From Anaeramoeba ignava BMAN (taxonomy: Eukaryota; Protista; Anaeramoebae): a stretch of 64,000 nucleotides of DNA. Positions 36,001-47,603 of the stretch are shown piece by piece (position 1 is the stretch's first letter; the number at the start of each line of letters is the position of its first letter). Under the pieces are notes generated by a model, which saw only the letters and a program-made list of their open reading frames with translations, ran no database searches and was not told the DNA's origin. The position numbers and the translations under genes were made by a program. The stretch is taken from assembly GCA_028826165.1 (NCBI GenBank), contig JAPDFW010000129.1, positions 1 to 64,000 of the forward strand, given 5' to 3'.

Positions 36001-38651
36001 TCAAAAGCAGGAAAATTTTTATTGAAATATGATAGTGAAAAAATAACAAAAAAAGAGTTAATGGAAAGAGCATTGCATTTATCACTTTTTATTTGTTATG
36101 GAAGCAGAATTACTCAAATAAAAGATCAAACTCATTTAACCAGAGAAAAATATTATAAATCAATTTTTGGTGAAACAGCAAAAGATAGTCAAATGGTAAT
36201 TGAAAAAGTCGAAGATCATTTTATTGAAATTTTGGAAAACAAAACGCATTTCAAAAAAAGAATGATTGCAAGTAATACTCCATTAAAAGAAAATTGTTTA
36301 CTACTTTTTGTTTGTATTTTCGCGCAAATTCCACTTTTTATAATTGGAAAACCAGGTAAATAGAAAAAATATATATTTATATTTATATAAATTTTACAAT
36401 TTAAATTTTAAAACAAAAATAAATAATAATAAAAATAAAGGAACATCGAAATCACTTTCTGCTGAATTAATCTTTGAAGCTTTCAAACCTCCATTAATGA
36501 AAAACAAATTGGCAATGGATCTTCATCTTCAAACAATTAGACCTTCCTTTCTTCAATGTTCAGCAATAACAACAACAAGAGGAATTGAAGAAGTTTTTCA
36601 AATTGCAAAAGATAAAACGAATGATGAAGATTTAGGAGTTGTTATTCTTGATGAAGTTGCACTTGCAGAATTGAGTCCTGATTTACCTTTAAAAGTTCTT
36701 CATTCAAAACTAGAGCATTTAGAAAAGCAATTATCAAATATTATTGAAAAAAATGGAGAAATTCAAGAAAAACTTAAAGAATTAAAAGAAGTATCAGTTG
36801 TTGCTATTTCAAATTGGACTTTGGATCCAAGTAATACAAATAGAGGCATTTTGATTAGAAGAGATTTAATCACAGATCTAGAAATGACTGCAAGTTCAAT
36901 TTTACAAAGTTTGAATAGTAAAATTCCTAGTAGTTTAGGAAATAAATTGACTAAGATTTATCAAGACATAATTGATAACCAAGAAAAAGAACAAAAAAAT
37001 CAACAAAGCAATTCTCAAAAAAAAAGATCTTATTTTGGATTAAGAGATTTTTATTATTTCGTCAAAATGATTGGATATTGTATCAAGTATCATGGAGTGA
37101 GTACACAAAGCCCGGATTTATTAGCAAATTCACTTTTAAGAAACTTTAATTCAAAGCCTTCTTTATTACAAAAATCTAGATATATATAAGGAAATAATTG
37201 AATTAATCGAAAAAAAAAACAGAACAAAAGAAATCATTTCTCAAAATATTAACAGATTGCTATTTAATCAACTTGGTTTTTCAGATGAGAATGATATTCC
37301 ACATTTTTCTCGGCATATGATGATTTTAACAAAAATTTGCAATTTAAGATGTCTTAGTGATGAAATTAAGAAAATGAAAGGGGATCAAACAAATTTCAAA
37401 ATGTTTATTGGTTCATCATTAGAATCAGATAATTCACCAAACAAAATTATCAAAAAATTACACAAAGTTGAGAGAATGATTTCCAAAGGAGATATTATCA
37501 TGCTGTGCAAAAGTGAAAACCTTTATGAACCTTTATATGATCTTTTGAATCAAAATTATCAAGAGGAAAACAAAGTTCTTTATGCTAAAATTTCTTTTGA
37601 ACATGTTGTTTCAAATTTGGTTGTTAATCCTGGATTTAGATTAATTGCAATTTCAGAAGCACAAAGAGCTTATGAAAAAGAATCACCTGCAATTTTGAAT
37701 CGATTCGAGAAATATTATTTTAATCCAAAAGAATTTATCAAAGAAGATATTATTGAAGAATTTTTAAGAAAACAAAACAAAAAGATCAAAAAATTTCGTA
37801 AGATTTTCAAAATGAGGAAAGACCAATTATTTCCTGGTTTTCATGAAGATTTGATATCATCACTTGCATTAAAACTTCAGAATGAAATTAAAGATCTTGA
37901 TATTAATACTAATAATAAAAATAATGATGATAATGATGATAATGATGATAATGATGATAATGATGATAATGATTATAATGATGATGAAGAGGAATATATC
38001 AAGGAAAATGGAAGAAAAAAATGGATGAGAATTTGCAGTATTGATCATGAAGAGTTAAGAAAAAAAAAGGAAGATATTGGATATAATGAGAAAATGAAAG
38101 ATTTTTATAAAGAATATAAACAAGCAAAATTTTCAAACATAGAAAAATTATTACCATTTTTATTGAATCAAAAAATTCGCAGATCAATAATTCTTACTTT
38201 TTCAGAAACAGAAAATTTAAGTTCTAAAGGAAAAGAATTTTTTAAATTAAATATTGGAGAAATGAACAATATTTCAGATTTCAAAAAGAAAATTAAGGAA
38301 TTTCTTGAAATTTCCGATTTAAAAAGTCAAAGCAAAATCAAAAGCAAAATCAAAAGCAAAATCAAAAGCAAAACAAAAATCAAAAGCAAAAATAACAATA
38401 ATAATAATAATAACAATAGAAAATTCTTAATACTTAATTTCTCTGTAAGTGAAAAATTACCTGAAAATATCTTTTACAGATTTAAATATTCACTTGATAA
38501 TTTACTTGATAAATCACTTCCTCAAGATTTAACATCAAATGATTTGGATTATTATTTTATCTTTATTGTTCATCTTCAACAACAATCAAATATTCCATTT
38601 CATATTTCTTTTGAGCAATTTTGGGAATATTTCTTCTTAAAAAGAATTTGA
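30058..38651 (+). CDS. Giant RNF213/mysterin-like multi-AAA+ ATPase (about 2,800 aa; one intron, several homopolymer frameshifts)
   Basis: RNF213-type motifs in order: SSPGNGKT (near 34015, in the gap between ORFs), YALTLDNISKM..GLPLILVGETGCGKT, FFDELNT, NPYRKR, VYRVH, VSLRDV, LKEN..IPLFIIGKPG|TSKSL (intron 36356-36440), VVILDEVALAELSPDLPLKVLH, ISNWTLDP, FGLRDFY, LYEPLYDLLNQNY, ILNRFEK. Confidence 0.85.
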
Positions 38652-38705
38652 AGTTTTTTTTTTTTTTACTTTTCATTTTTTTACTTTTTCCAAAATAAAA
38701 ATTAT

Positions 38706-39968
38706 ATGAAAAAATTTATTCCTTTTCAAAATCAAAATAATTCAGAAATTCAATTAAATAAAGAAGATTTCCAAAACTTTCAATTTGGAAAAACAATAAA
38801 AATGCCATCAAAACTTTATGAACCTCCAAAAACAGAAAATTTAATTATTCAAATGCTTCCAGATGAAAGTAAATTTTTAAAAGAAAAAAGAAAAAAAAGA
38901 AAAAATTATTGAAAAATTTTTTCATTTTTAGTTTTAATTCAAATTGCACAATTTCTTTCACCAGGAGCACTTTTTAGGCTTTCAATGTGTTGTTTCCATT
39001 TAAGAAAACTTATTCAAGATCAATATTTATGCGGATTAGTGATCCAAAATCATTATAAATATTTTGTGTTAAAAGAATTTGAAATTAAATTTGGATTTTA
39101 TAATTCAAATCCAAAAATTATAGCACATTTTGATCCTTCATTAATTGAGAATCAAAAAGGAAATCAATTTGAAATTTTAAACAAAAAAGGAGATGAATTT
39201 AAATCCACTTTTAAAAATTTGGAAAATTTTATTGAGACAAAAAGAAAAAACCAAAAGGAATATGAAAAGCAAATTGCAAAAGAAAAACATGATGAAAATA
39301 TGTTTAAAAAATCAACTAAAATATTTATATTTATATTAGAATTATTTCTAATCATGTTGAATATTTCGATTGAGTATTCAATTCCAATTCGAGTTTCATT
39401 TCATGTATTAATTTTAATCATATCCTCTTTTCCAAGTATTTATTATTTAGTGAAGAAATTTAAAGCAAAAAGAAACTTTATGAATTTTCTTTTTTTGTTA
39501 ATTTCCTTTTTGTTATTGTTACTTTTGTTGTTGGTTTTCTTGAAATTTTCAAATATTCTCAATTTAAAATGGTGGATTATTTTTTTGCCAGTTCAAATTA
39601 TTTTATTTACCAGTTCAATTTCAATGATTTTTTTTGACAATTTTTGTATATTCTTTTTGACACCACTTTTAATTTCTTTGTTTTTATTTCTTGTTTGTTT
39701 GAAAGTTGATGAAATTTTAATCATTCCATTTGCTTTTTGTTTTTTTCCGATTTGGATTTTGCAATTAATTAATTTTATAGGGATTTTTAGATTGAAAACA
39801 TTTGAAAGTTTTCAAGATTATTTTTCACTTTTTTTATTTATTGCTTTAATTCCATTTTCTTTACTTTTATTTTTATTTTGGCTTTTTTTGGAAGATAAAA
39901 TTAATCGAATTTCAATTCCTTTTAGTCTTATTCATTTTCTTTTTTTATTTTTCTTATCAAAAAATTAA
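38706..39968 (+). CDS. F-box protein with a C-terminal multipass membrane domain (TMEM185/TMEM60-like), 2 exons
   Basis: Phase-1 GT-AG intron 38869-38931 rebuilds LPDEILIQIAQFLSPGALFRLSMCCFHLRKLIQDQYL (F-box) in frame with ORF 38985-39968, which has about 7-8 hydrophobic helices with WWIIFLP and FCFFPIW motifs. Confidence 0.75.
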
Positions 39969-40370
39969 TTAAAAAAAAAAAAAATTTAATTAAGTAATTT
40001 AAAGAAAAAATGAGTAATTGTTTTTTATTTTTTATTTATTTTTATTTTTTATTTTTTATTTTGCCCCCTTTTTTAAATTAAAAATAAATAAAAAAAATTT
40101 TAAATAAAAAAAAAAAATTAAAAAAAAAAATTTTTTTTCTTTTTTTTTCATTTTTTCATTTTCCTTTTTACTACTTAATAATATAAAATTTAATACAATA
40201 AAAACAAAAACAAACAAAAATATAGAATAAATTGGTTTGTATTTTTATTTTTAATCTATTTTAATTAAACAAAATTAACTAAATTTATTTTATTTTATTT
40301 TTATTTTTTATTTAAAAAAAAAATCACACAAAAATTTGAACATAAATGAATGCAACAATCTAAATAGAAA

Positions 40371-40404
40371 ATGGTTTGTTATTTACAATAAAACACAACA
40401 AAAC

Positions 40405-40435
<31 letters not shown>

Positions 40436-42672
40436 CAAAACAAAAAAAATTTTTTTCATTAATATATATTTATATTTATTATATTTATTATATTTATATT
40501 TATTATATTTATTATATTTATTATATTTATTATATTTATTATATTTATTATATTTATTATATTTATTATATTTATTATATTTATTATATTTATTATATTT
40601 ATTATATTTATTATATTTTATTATATTTATTATTTTTTATTTTATTTATATTTATTTATTATATTTTTTATGTTTATTATTTTATTATGTTTATATTTTT
40701 ATATTTATATTTTTTATATTTTTTATTTTTATTTTTATATTTTATGTTTATATTATATTTTTTATATTTATTTTTTATTTATATTTATTATTATTTTTTA
40801 TATATTTATTTTATATTTGTTTTTATTTATTTTTATTTATATATTTTTATTTTATATTTTTATTTATTTTATTATATATTTTATATTTTATATTTATATT
40901 TATATTTATGTTTATTATATTTATATTTATTATTTATTTATTATTATATTTTTATTTATTTTTTTATATTTATTATATTTTTATATTTATTATATTTATA
41001 TTTATTTTTATATTTATATTTATATTATATTTATTATATTTATTATATTTATTTTATTTATATATTATTATATTTATTATATTTATTATATTTATTATAT
41101 TTATTATATTTATTATATTTATTATATTTATTATATTTATTTTATTTATATTTATATTTATATTTATATTTATATTTATATTTATTTTTTTATTATATTA
41201 TTTTTATTATATTTTTATAGCCACCAAAATCAAAAAAAAAGGTTATGAAAAAAAAACCACAACAAAAAGATGAAACACCAAAAGAAACAAAAGAAGCACC
41301 AAAAGGAAAAGAAAGAAGCACCAAAACAAACAAAACCAAGACAACCCAAAAAACGAGTAACAAGAAAAGACAAACCAGAAAAAGTATCAGTTAAATCAGG
41401 AACAAAAAAAGTAACAGAAGATAAATTCGGGAACATTTATCAAGCAAAACCAGCACGAACAAATGCGCATATTTTCCATCACAAATCCAAGGATTTACGA
41501 CATGTTATGGTTTGGCCAAAATATGTTCGTCTTCAAAGACAAAAAAAGATTCTTTTAAAAAGACTTCGAATTCCACCAGCAATCAACCAATTCTCCCACA
41601 CTTTAAAACCTAATCACTCAAAACAATTGCTTTCTTTGCTTAATAAATACCGTCCTGAAGATCGTAAACAAAAAAAAGCTAGACTTAGAGCTATTGCTCA
41701 AGCTAAAGTTGAAGGAAGAAAATTACCAAAACCTAAAAAACCTGTTGTTGTTAAATACGGTATTAATCATGTTACTTCTTTGGTTGAACATAAAAAGGCT
41801 CAACTTGTTGTTATTGCTCATGATGTTGATCCTATTGAGGTTTGTTTAATTAAAATTCATTTATAAAATTAAAATTCATTTATAAAATTAAAATTCATTT
41901 ATAAAATTAAAATTCATTTATAAAATTAAATTTAAAATTCATTTATAATATTAAAATTAAAATTCATTTATAAAAAAATTAAAATTAAAATTAAAATTAA
42001 AATTATTATTAAAATTAAAAATTCAATTTAAAATATTTATAAAATTAAAATTAAAATTCATTTATAAAATTAAAATTAATATTAGTTTATAAAATTAAAA
42101 TTAATATTCATTTATAAAATTAAAATTAAAATTAATTTATAAAATTAAAATTAAAATTAAAATTAATTTATAAAATTTATAAAATTAAAATTAAAATTAA
42201 TTTATAAAATTAAAATTAAATTTAAAATTAATATTCAATTTAAAATATTTATAAAATTATAATTAAAATTATAAAATTAAATTTATATAAATAGTTGGTT
42301 GTTTGGCTTCCAGCTTTGTGCAGAAAAATGGATGTTCCATATTGCATTGTTAAAGGAAAATCACAACTTGGTCAAGTAGTTCACAAAAAAACAGCAACAG
42401 CTTTAGTATTAACAGAAGTTAACGAAGAAGATCAACTTCAATTAGCAAATTTAATTAAAGTATGTAGACATGATTTCAATTCAAACACAAAAGCATTCCG
42501 AGAATGGGGAAATGGAATTTTAAGCACAAAAACATTACACAAACTCAAAGCTAAGAAGAAAAGTTCTGCTGCAGTTCTTACTGAAAAGTTTATTGAAAGA
42601 GATTCTGATAATGAAGATTATATGAAAATCGAACCTGAACCTCAAAAAGAAGAAACTAATCAAAAGAACTAA
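40371..42672 (+). CDS. RPL7A: 60S ribosomal protein L7a/eL8 (ATG-only first coding exon; frameshift near 41305)
   Basis: ATG|intron 40374-41220|PPKSKKKV..; [54 protein letters not shown]|intron 41840-42294|[22 protein letters not shown]. Confidence 0.96.
40374..41220 (+). repeat. RPL7A intron filled with (TATATTTAT)n-type low-complexity DNA
   Basis: GTTTGT..TATAG; source of the YYI/IF spurious ORFs. Confidence 0.85.
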
Positions 42673-42947
42673 TTCATTTCTTCTTAATTAAAACAATTTC
42701 TTCCAAAAAAAAATTCTTCACCTTTTTTTTAATTCAATAAATTTTTCTTTTTTTTTCAATTTTAATCAAACAAAAAAAAAAAGGAAGTTGATGATTTTAT
42801 TCTTGAATCAATTCTTTTTCAGTTCAACTTTTAGATTAAAAATTCCTCAACAAAAAAAAACAAAATTTTTTTTTTTTTCAATAAAGAATTTCAACAAAAA
42901 AATAAAATTAAAATTTTCTTTATTTTTTATTTATTTTTTTATTTTAT

Positions 42948-43545
42948 TTATTTTTCTTTTAGTTCAAATATTACAGAACCATGTGTATATTTATTAATTT
43001 GTTCAAATCCAAAATGAATTAAATAATCACAAATTCCTCTTTTTATATTTTTTGAATCTTTTTTTGTTATTCTTTCTAATTCATTAAATAATCCTCTTTG
43101 AATTGAAATTTTTATTCCAATTTTTTTTTCATTTAAAATTTCCTTATACCAACCATTAAAATATTGAGGAAACAATTCAAAATATAATTCTAATCTTTCC
43201 TTCATTCCGGGTCTTGGAGAATAATTTAAAAATTCATTTATTTTTCTTGCTTTTTCTTGATCTTCTAATTGTTCCAAATTTGAAAAATCTTTTTTTTCAT
43301 TTTGATTTTTATTTGATAAAAAAATGTTCTGATTTTTTTGATTGAAATTTTCTTTTTTTCTTTGTCTTTTTTCTTCAAATGAATCTTCTTGAGAACTAGA
43401 TGAACTTCTTTTTGGTTTTTTAATTTTAATCTCTTTTTCTTTTTCTTTTGTTTCTTTTTTCTTCTTTTTCTTTTTCTTCATTTTCTTTTTTTAAAAAATT
43501 TGAAAGATTTGCTAAAATTTGAGCAGCTTCAAATTTTGAAAGCAT
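42948..43545 (-). CDS. Hypothetical protein: Lys-rich N-terminus and a globular C-terminal domain
   Basis: ORF 42948-43481. A probable true start MLSKFEAAQILANLS at 43545 is out of frame by a homopolymer indel. Confidence 0.55.
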
Positions 43546-43921
43546 TTAAACTAAAAAAATAAATAAAATATTATAATAAAAAAATCAAAAAAATAAAAAG
43601 AAAAAAATGAAGAAGAAAAAAATGTGAAGATTTTATTTTTTCTTTTAAATAAAAAGATAGGAATTTTTTTAAATTAAATAAATTTAAAATTAATTTTAAA
43701 AGAGATCTTTATTTTTTAAATTAAATTTCTTATTATTTCTTTTTTTAAAGATAATTTGGATCTTTTTTCTTTTCTTTTAAAAATAAAGATTCTCAATTAA
43801 TTTTTTTAAAATTTAATTTTAAAAAGAAATATTAACAAGAGTTTTATTAAATCTTTTAAAAAAATTTTTTTTTTCATTTTTTTTTTTTCATTTTTTTTTC
43901 TTTCATTTTCTCATTAAAAAA

Positions 43922-44740
43922 ATGATTTGCAAAATACCAAATTTTAAACAATTTAAAATTACTTCAATTTTAATTTTAATAATTTCAATTTTTTCTCTAA
44001 TTATTTTTACATTTGAAAAATATTTACAAATAGAATCAAAAGGATTTTCAATTTCCTTTTCAATTTCAAATCCAAAAGAAATAATTTTAAATTTATTTTA
44101 TCAATTTTACACAAATAGAATTGAAATTTATGTGTTTGGAATAATTTTATTATTAAAATTTGCAGAAATTGAAGAGCTTTTTGGATTCAAAAAATTTTTA
44201 CAATTTATCATTTATATTTCTTTACAAAATTTATTGAATGATTTGATATTTTTATTAATTTTCCCAAATTTAAATTCAATTCAAAATGGACCGTAAAGTG
44301 GAACAAATAAGAAACTCTTTTTTTTCTTCAATAAAACTCAATACTTATATATTCACTTACAAATATTTTTTCATCTTCTTTATTTATGCTTTAAAATAAA
44401 TCTAGAATTGGATTAATTGCAAGTTGCTTTGTGATTTTTTATTACGAATTCCAAAACAATTTTGTTTTCCATTTTTCACTTTAAATTTGGAAGCAAAATT
44501 CTCTTTTATTTTCTTGGTTTGCAGCTATTAATTCCTTCATTTCTAAAAAGCATTTTCCCTTTCTTTTCAGGTGTTGTTTCTGGTTTTTTTTATAGATTTA
44601 AAATCCAAGATTTTTTAGATGGGAATTTTTCAAATACATTTCATTCACTTTGGATTAAATTGAAAAATTTCTTTTCAAATTCTAACAATGAAATTGATGA
44701 CAATCAACAAGAAGATTCTGATAATCAAAGAGAAAATTAA
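43922..44740 (+). CDS. UBAC2/Dsc2-like rhomboid-fold membrane protein (2 exons, no UBA domain seen)
   Basis: IEELFGFKKFLQF, NGP|IGLIASCFV (intron about 44293-44405) and K..FYFLGLQL resemble the UBAC2/Dsc2 pattern; one frameshift near 44440. Confidence 0.55.
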
Positions 44741-44810
44741 ACAAAGTGTTTATTTTTATTTTTATGTTTATGTTTATGTTTATTTTTAATTCTAATTATT
44801 TTTTTGATTT

Positions 44811-47116
44811 TTATTTAAAAAGTAAATCAACATAATCAATAAATCCAAAATATTTGATCTTTTTTTGTGTTTCTGGGAGCTCAAAATTACCCTTATCACT
44901 AATAATAAATATTCTTGAATCAGAGATCTCAATTGATTGATAAGCCTTTGTGTCTGATTCTCTGTTTCCAAATCCAGCATAAAAGGCAGAAGAAGGGAAC
45001 AAACCACCTAAATTTTTCACACAAGGAACTTTAAATTGTTCAGATTTCCTCAGAACCTCCCTTAGAATCGCTTTAAACAAAGTATCTGGAGATACTATCA
45101 CTGGACCAAGTGGTAATTTTCTTTTCTCTTGAGTCAAATTTCTTATATAATTTCGAGTGAAGTTAGCTGTCCCTATTGCTCTTGAAGAAAGATATAAAAA
45201 CTAAACAAAATAAAAAGAAATCAATTGGACATATTTTTTATCTAATTAAATCAATGCGGATAATACCTTATATCCTTTATCGGAAATCCGAGAAAATAGG
45301 GGAGCAACATTTTCCCAACTCCAATCCTTTTTTGAAACTAAAGGAAGAATTATTCCAAGAACATCAGATTTTGTTATTGTTCCATCAATATCTGATATTA
45401 CAATTTTGTCGTCGTAATTCCACAAGAAAATTGAACAAGATAATTTCCTTTTTTCTGAAACAGAAAATGTTGCAATGTTCATTCCTGGATTCAATCCCAA
45501 ATTCTCAAGTTCTTCTGATTTTGGAATGTGTAAATCACATGAATCCCAATTAAAATCATCTTCTTGAATTACTTCAACTTTGATTTCATTTTCATTAATA
45601 TTTTTATTTTTATTTTTATTTTGATTTTGATTTTGATTTTTGATTTTGATTTTGATTTTTATTTTGATTTTGATTTTGATTTTGATTTTGATTTTGATTT
45701 TTATTTTTAAATTGATTTTGATTTTGATTTTCATTTTCAAATTGATTTTGATTTTGATTTTGATTTTCATTTTGATTTTGATTTTCATTTGTAAATTGAT
45801 TTTGATTTTGATTTTGATTTTTATTTTTATTTTGATTTTGATTTTGATTTTGATTTTGATTTTGATTTTGATTTTGATTTTGATTTTGATTTTGATTTTT
45901 ATTTTTATTTTTATTTTTATTTTGATTTTGATTTTGATTTTGATTTTGATTTTGATTTTGATTTTGATTTTGATTTTGATTTTGATTTTGATTTTGATTT
46001 TGATTTTCATTTTGATTTTGATTTTGATTTTGATTTTGATTTTCATTTTGATTTTGATTTTGATTTTGATTTTGATTTTGATTTTGATTTTGATTTTGAT
46101 TTTGATTTTCATTTTCAAATTGATTTTGATTTTGATTTTTATATTTATTTTGATTTTGATTTTGATTTTCATTTTGATTTTCATTTGTAAATTGATTTTC
46201 ATTTTGATTTTGATTTTCATTTTTAAATTGATTTTCATTTTCATTTTGATTTTGATTTTGATTTTGATTTTCATTTTCAAATTGATTTTCATTTTCATTT
46301 TTAAATTGATTAATTTGTTTTCTTATTAAATTAATCGATGAAAAATCTTGATCCAAAAATTTAAATTCTGAATATTTAATTTGATAATTATTTTTTTGAA
46401 AAGGTAAATTATTTGTTTCTTTGATTATAAATTGAGGTTTTAATTTTTTTTTTGCTTGAGAATTATTTGTTGATTTTTTCTGATTTGATTTGATTTCTTT
46501 TGAAATTTTTTCTAATTTTTTTTGAAATTTTGAATCAAATATAATTTTTGTTTCATCTTCAATTTCTTTTTGATTATTATTTTTAAATATCCATTCCCAT
46601 TTAGAAACATTATCAATAATTTTTGGAGAATTTTTTTCTTGAGAATTTTTTATTAAATTAAATTGATTTTTGTCTTGATTTTCATTCTATTTTTATAATT
46701 ATTGAATACAGACCAAATAAATGATTATTTAATAATAATTACAATTTAAAAACAAACCTGATTTTTTCTTCTAGGAAAAAAAGCTAGTCCATGTTTATTG
46801 ACTTTCATCTTCAATTTTGATTTTTTATTATTAACATAAATTGACACATTTTTTTTATTAATTTTCAAAGACTTAAATAATAAACAAACAAAAAAATTTT
46901 CCCAAAAAATCATGATTAAATGAATATTTTATAAAAAAGTGTTGAATAAATTTTTTTAAATACATGTAACTTCCCAAATCTTATTTGCCAAGGAGATGAT
47001 TTTAATGTCCCATCTTGTTGTTTTACAACTAAAATATCAGAAGCTCCAGAAAGATAAGTTGAATTAATTTCAGAAAATCCAATCTTTTTAACAATAGAAT
47101 TTAAATAAAAACTCAT
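44811..47116 (-). CDS. LPIN: Lipin / phosphatidate phosphatase (PAH1/LPIN), 4 exons, with a long NQ insert
   Basis: N-LIP: LSGASDILVVKQQDGTLKSSPWQIRFGKL. HAD C-LIP: IVISDIDGTITKSDVLG, YLSSRAIG, LPLGPVIVSPD, FYAGFGNR. Confidence 0.92.
45600..46310 (-). repeat. (AATCAA/AATGAA)n coding repeat (poly-NQ/NE) inside lipin
   Basis: No GT-AG boundaries around it; continuous with DQDFSSINLIRKQ upstream and EIKVEVIQEDDF downstream (one frame slip). Confidence 0.75.
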
Positions 47117-47603
47117 TTTCTCCTTTTGATTCTTTCTTGATTTATTTTTCTTGTTAATTTTATTAAACTTTCCTTTATTTTATTGTTTTTTAATTAAATT
47201 ATAAAAATAAATTATCTTTTTATTTTATATTTTAATTATAAATCTTTTTAAAATTAATTCAAAATGAAAAAATTAAGATTCTTTTTTTGATTTAAAGGAT
47301 TTTTAATTGATTATTTTTATTTACAAATAAATTATTTTAAAGATTGAGAAAAAAAAAATATTTTTCTCCTTTTTTATTTTTTTTTTCATTTTTTTTTTTC
47401 ATTTTTTTTTTTGCTTTTATTTTTATCATCATTCCCTTTAAAAAAAAAAAAGAAAAACGAAAAGAAATTTTTAATTCAAATTGTTTCTCATTTGTTTTTC
47501 TTCTTATTTTGATCCTATTCTTTTAAAATTCTTTTATAAATTTTTTTATAAATTTTTTAACTTTACATTTTTGACTTTAACTTTTAACGTTTGACATTGA
47601 TTA

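Noticed and set aside
30058-38651. Intein or transposon insertion in the giant ATPase, or a midasin/dynein identity
   Set aside because: No Hint-type C...HN-C/S/T boundaries or transposase motifs were seen, the core motifs are contiguous, and they match the RNF213 series rather than midasin or dynein.
40336-41273. ORFs rich in Y/I/F (294, 192 and 121 aa)
   Set aside because: They are translations of the repeat-filled RPL7A intron.
30058-47116. A functional lipid-droplet gene cluster (RNF213-like, UBAC2-like, lipin)
   Set aside because: The genes are interleaved with RPL7A and an orphan gene, in mixed orientation. Proximity in a compact eukaryotic genome is not evidence without conserved synteny.
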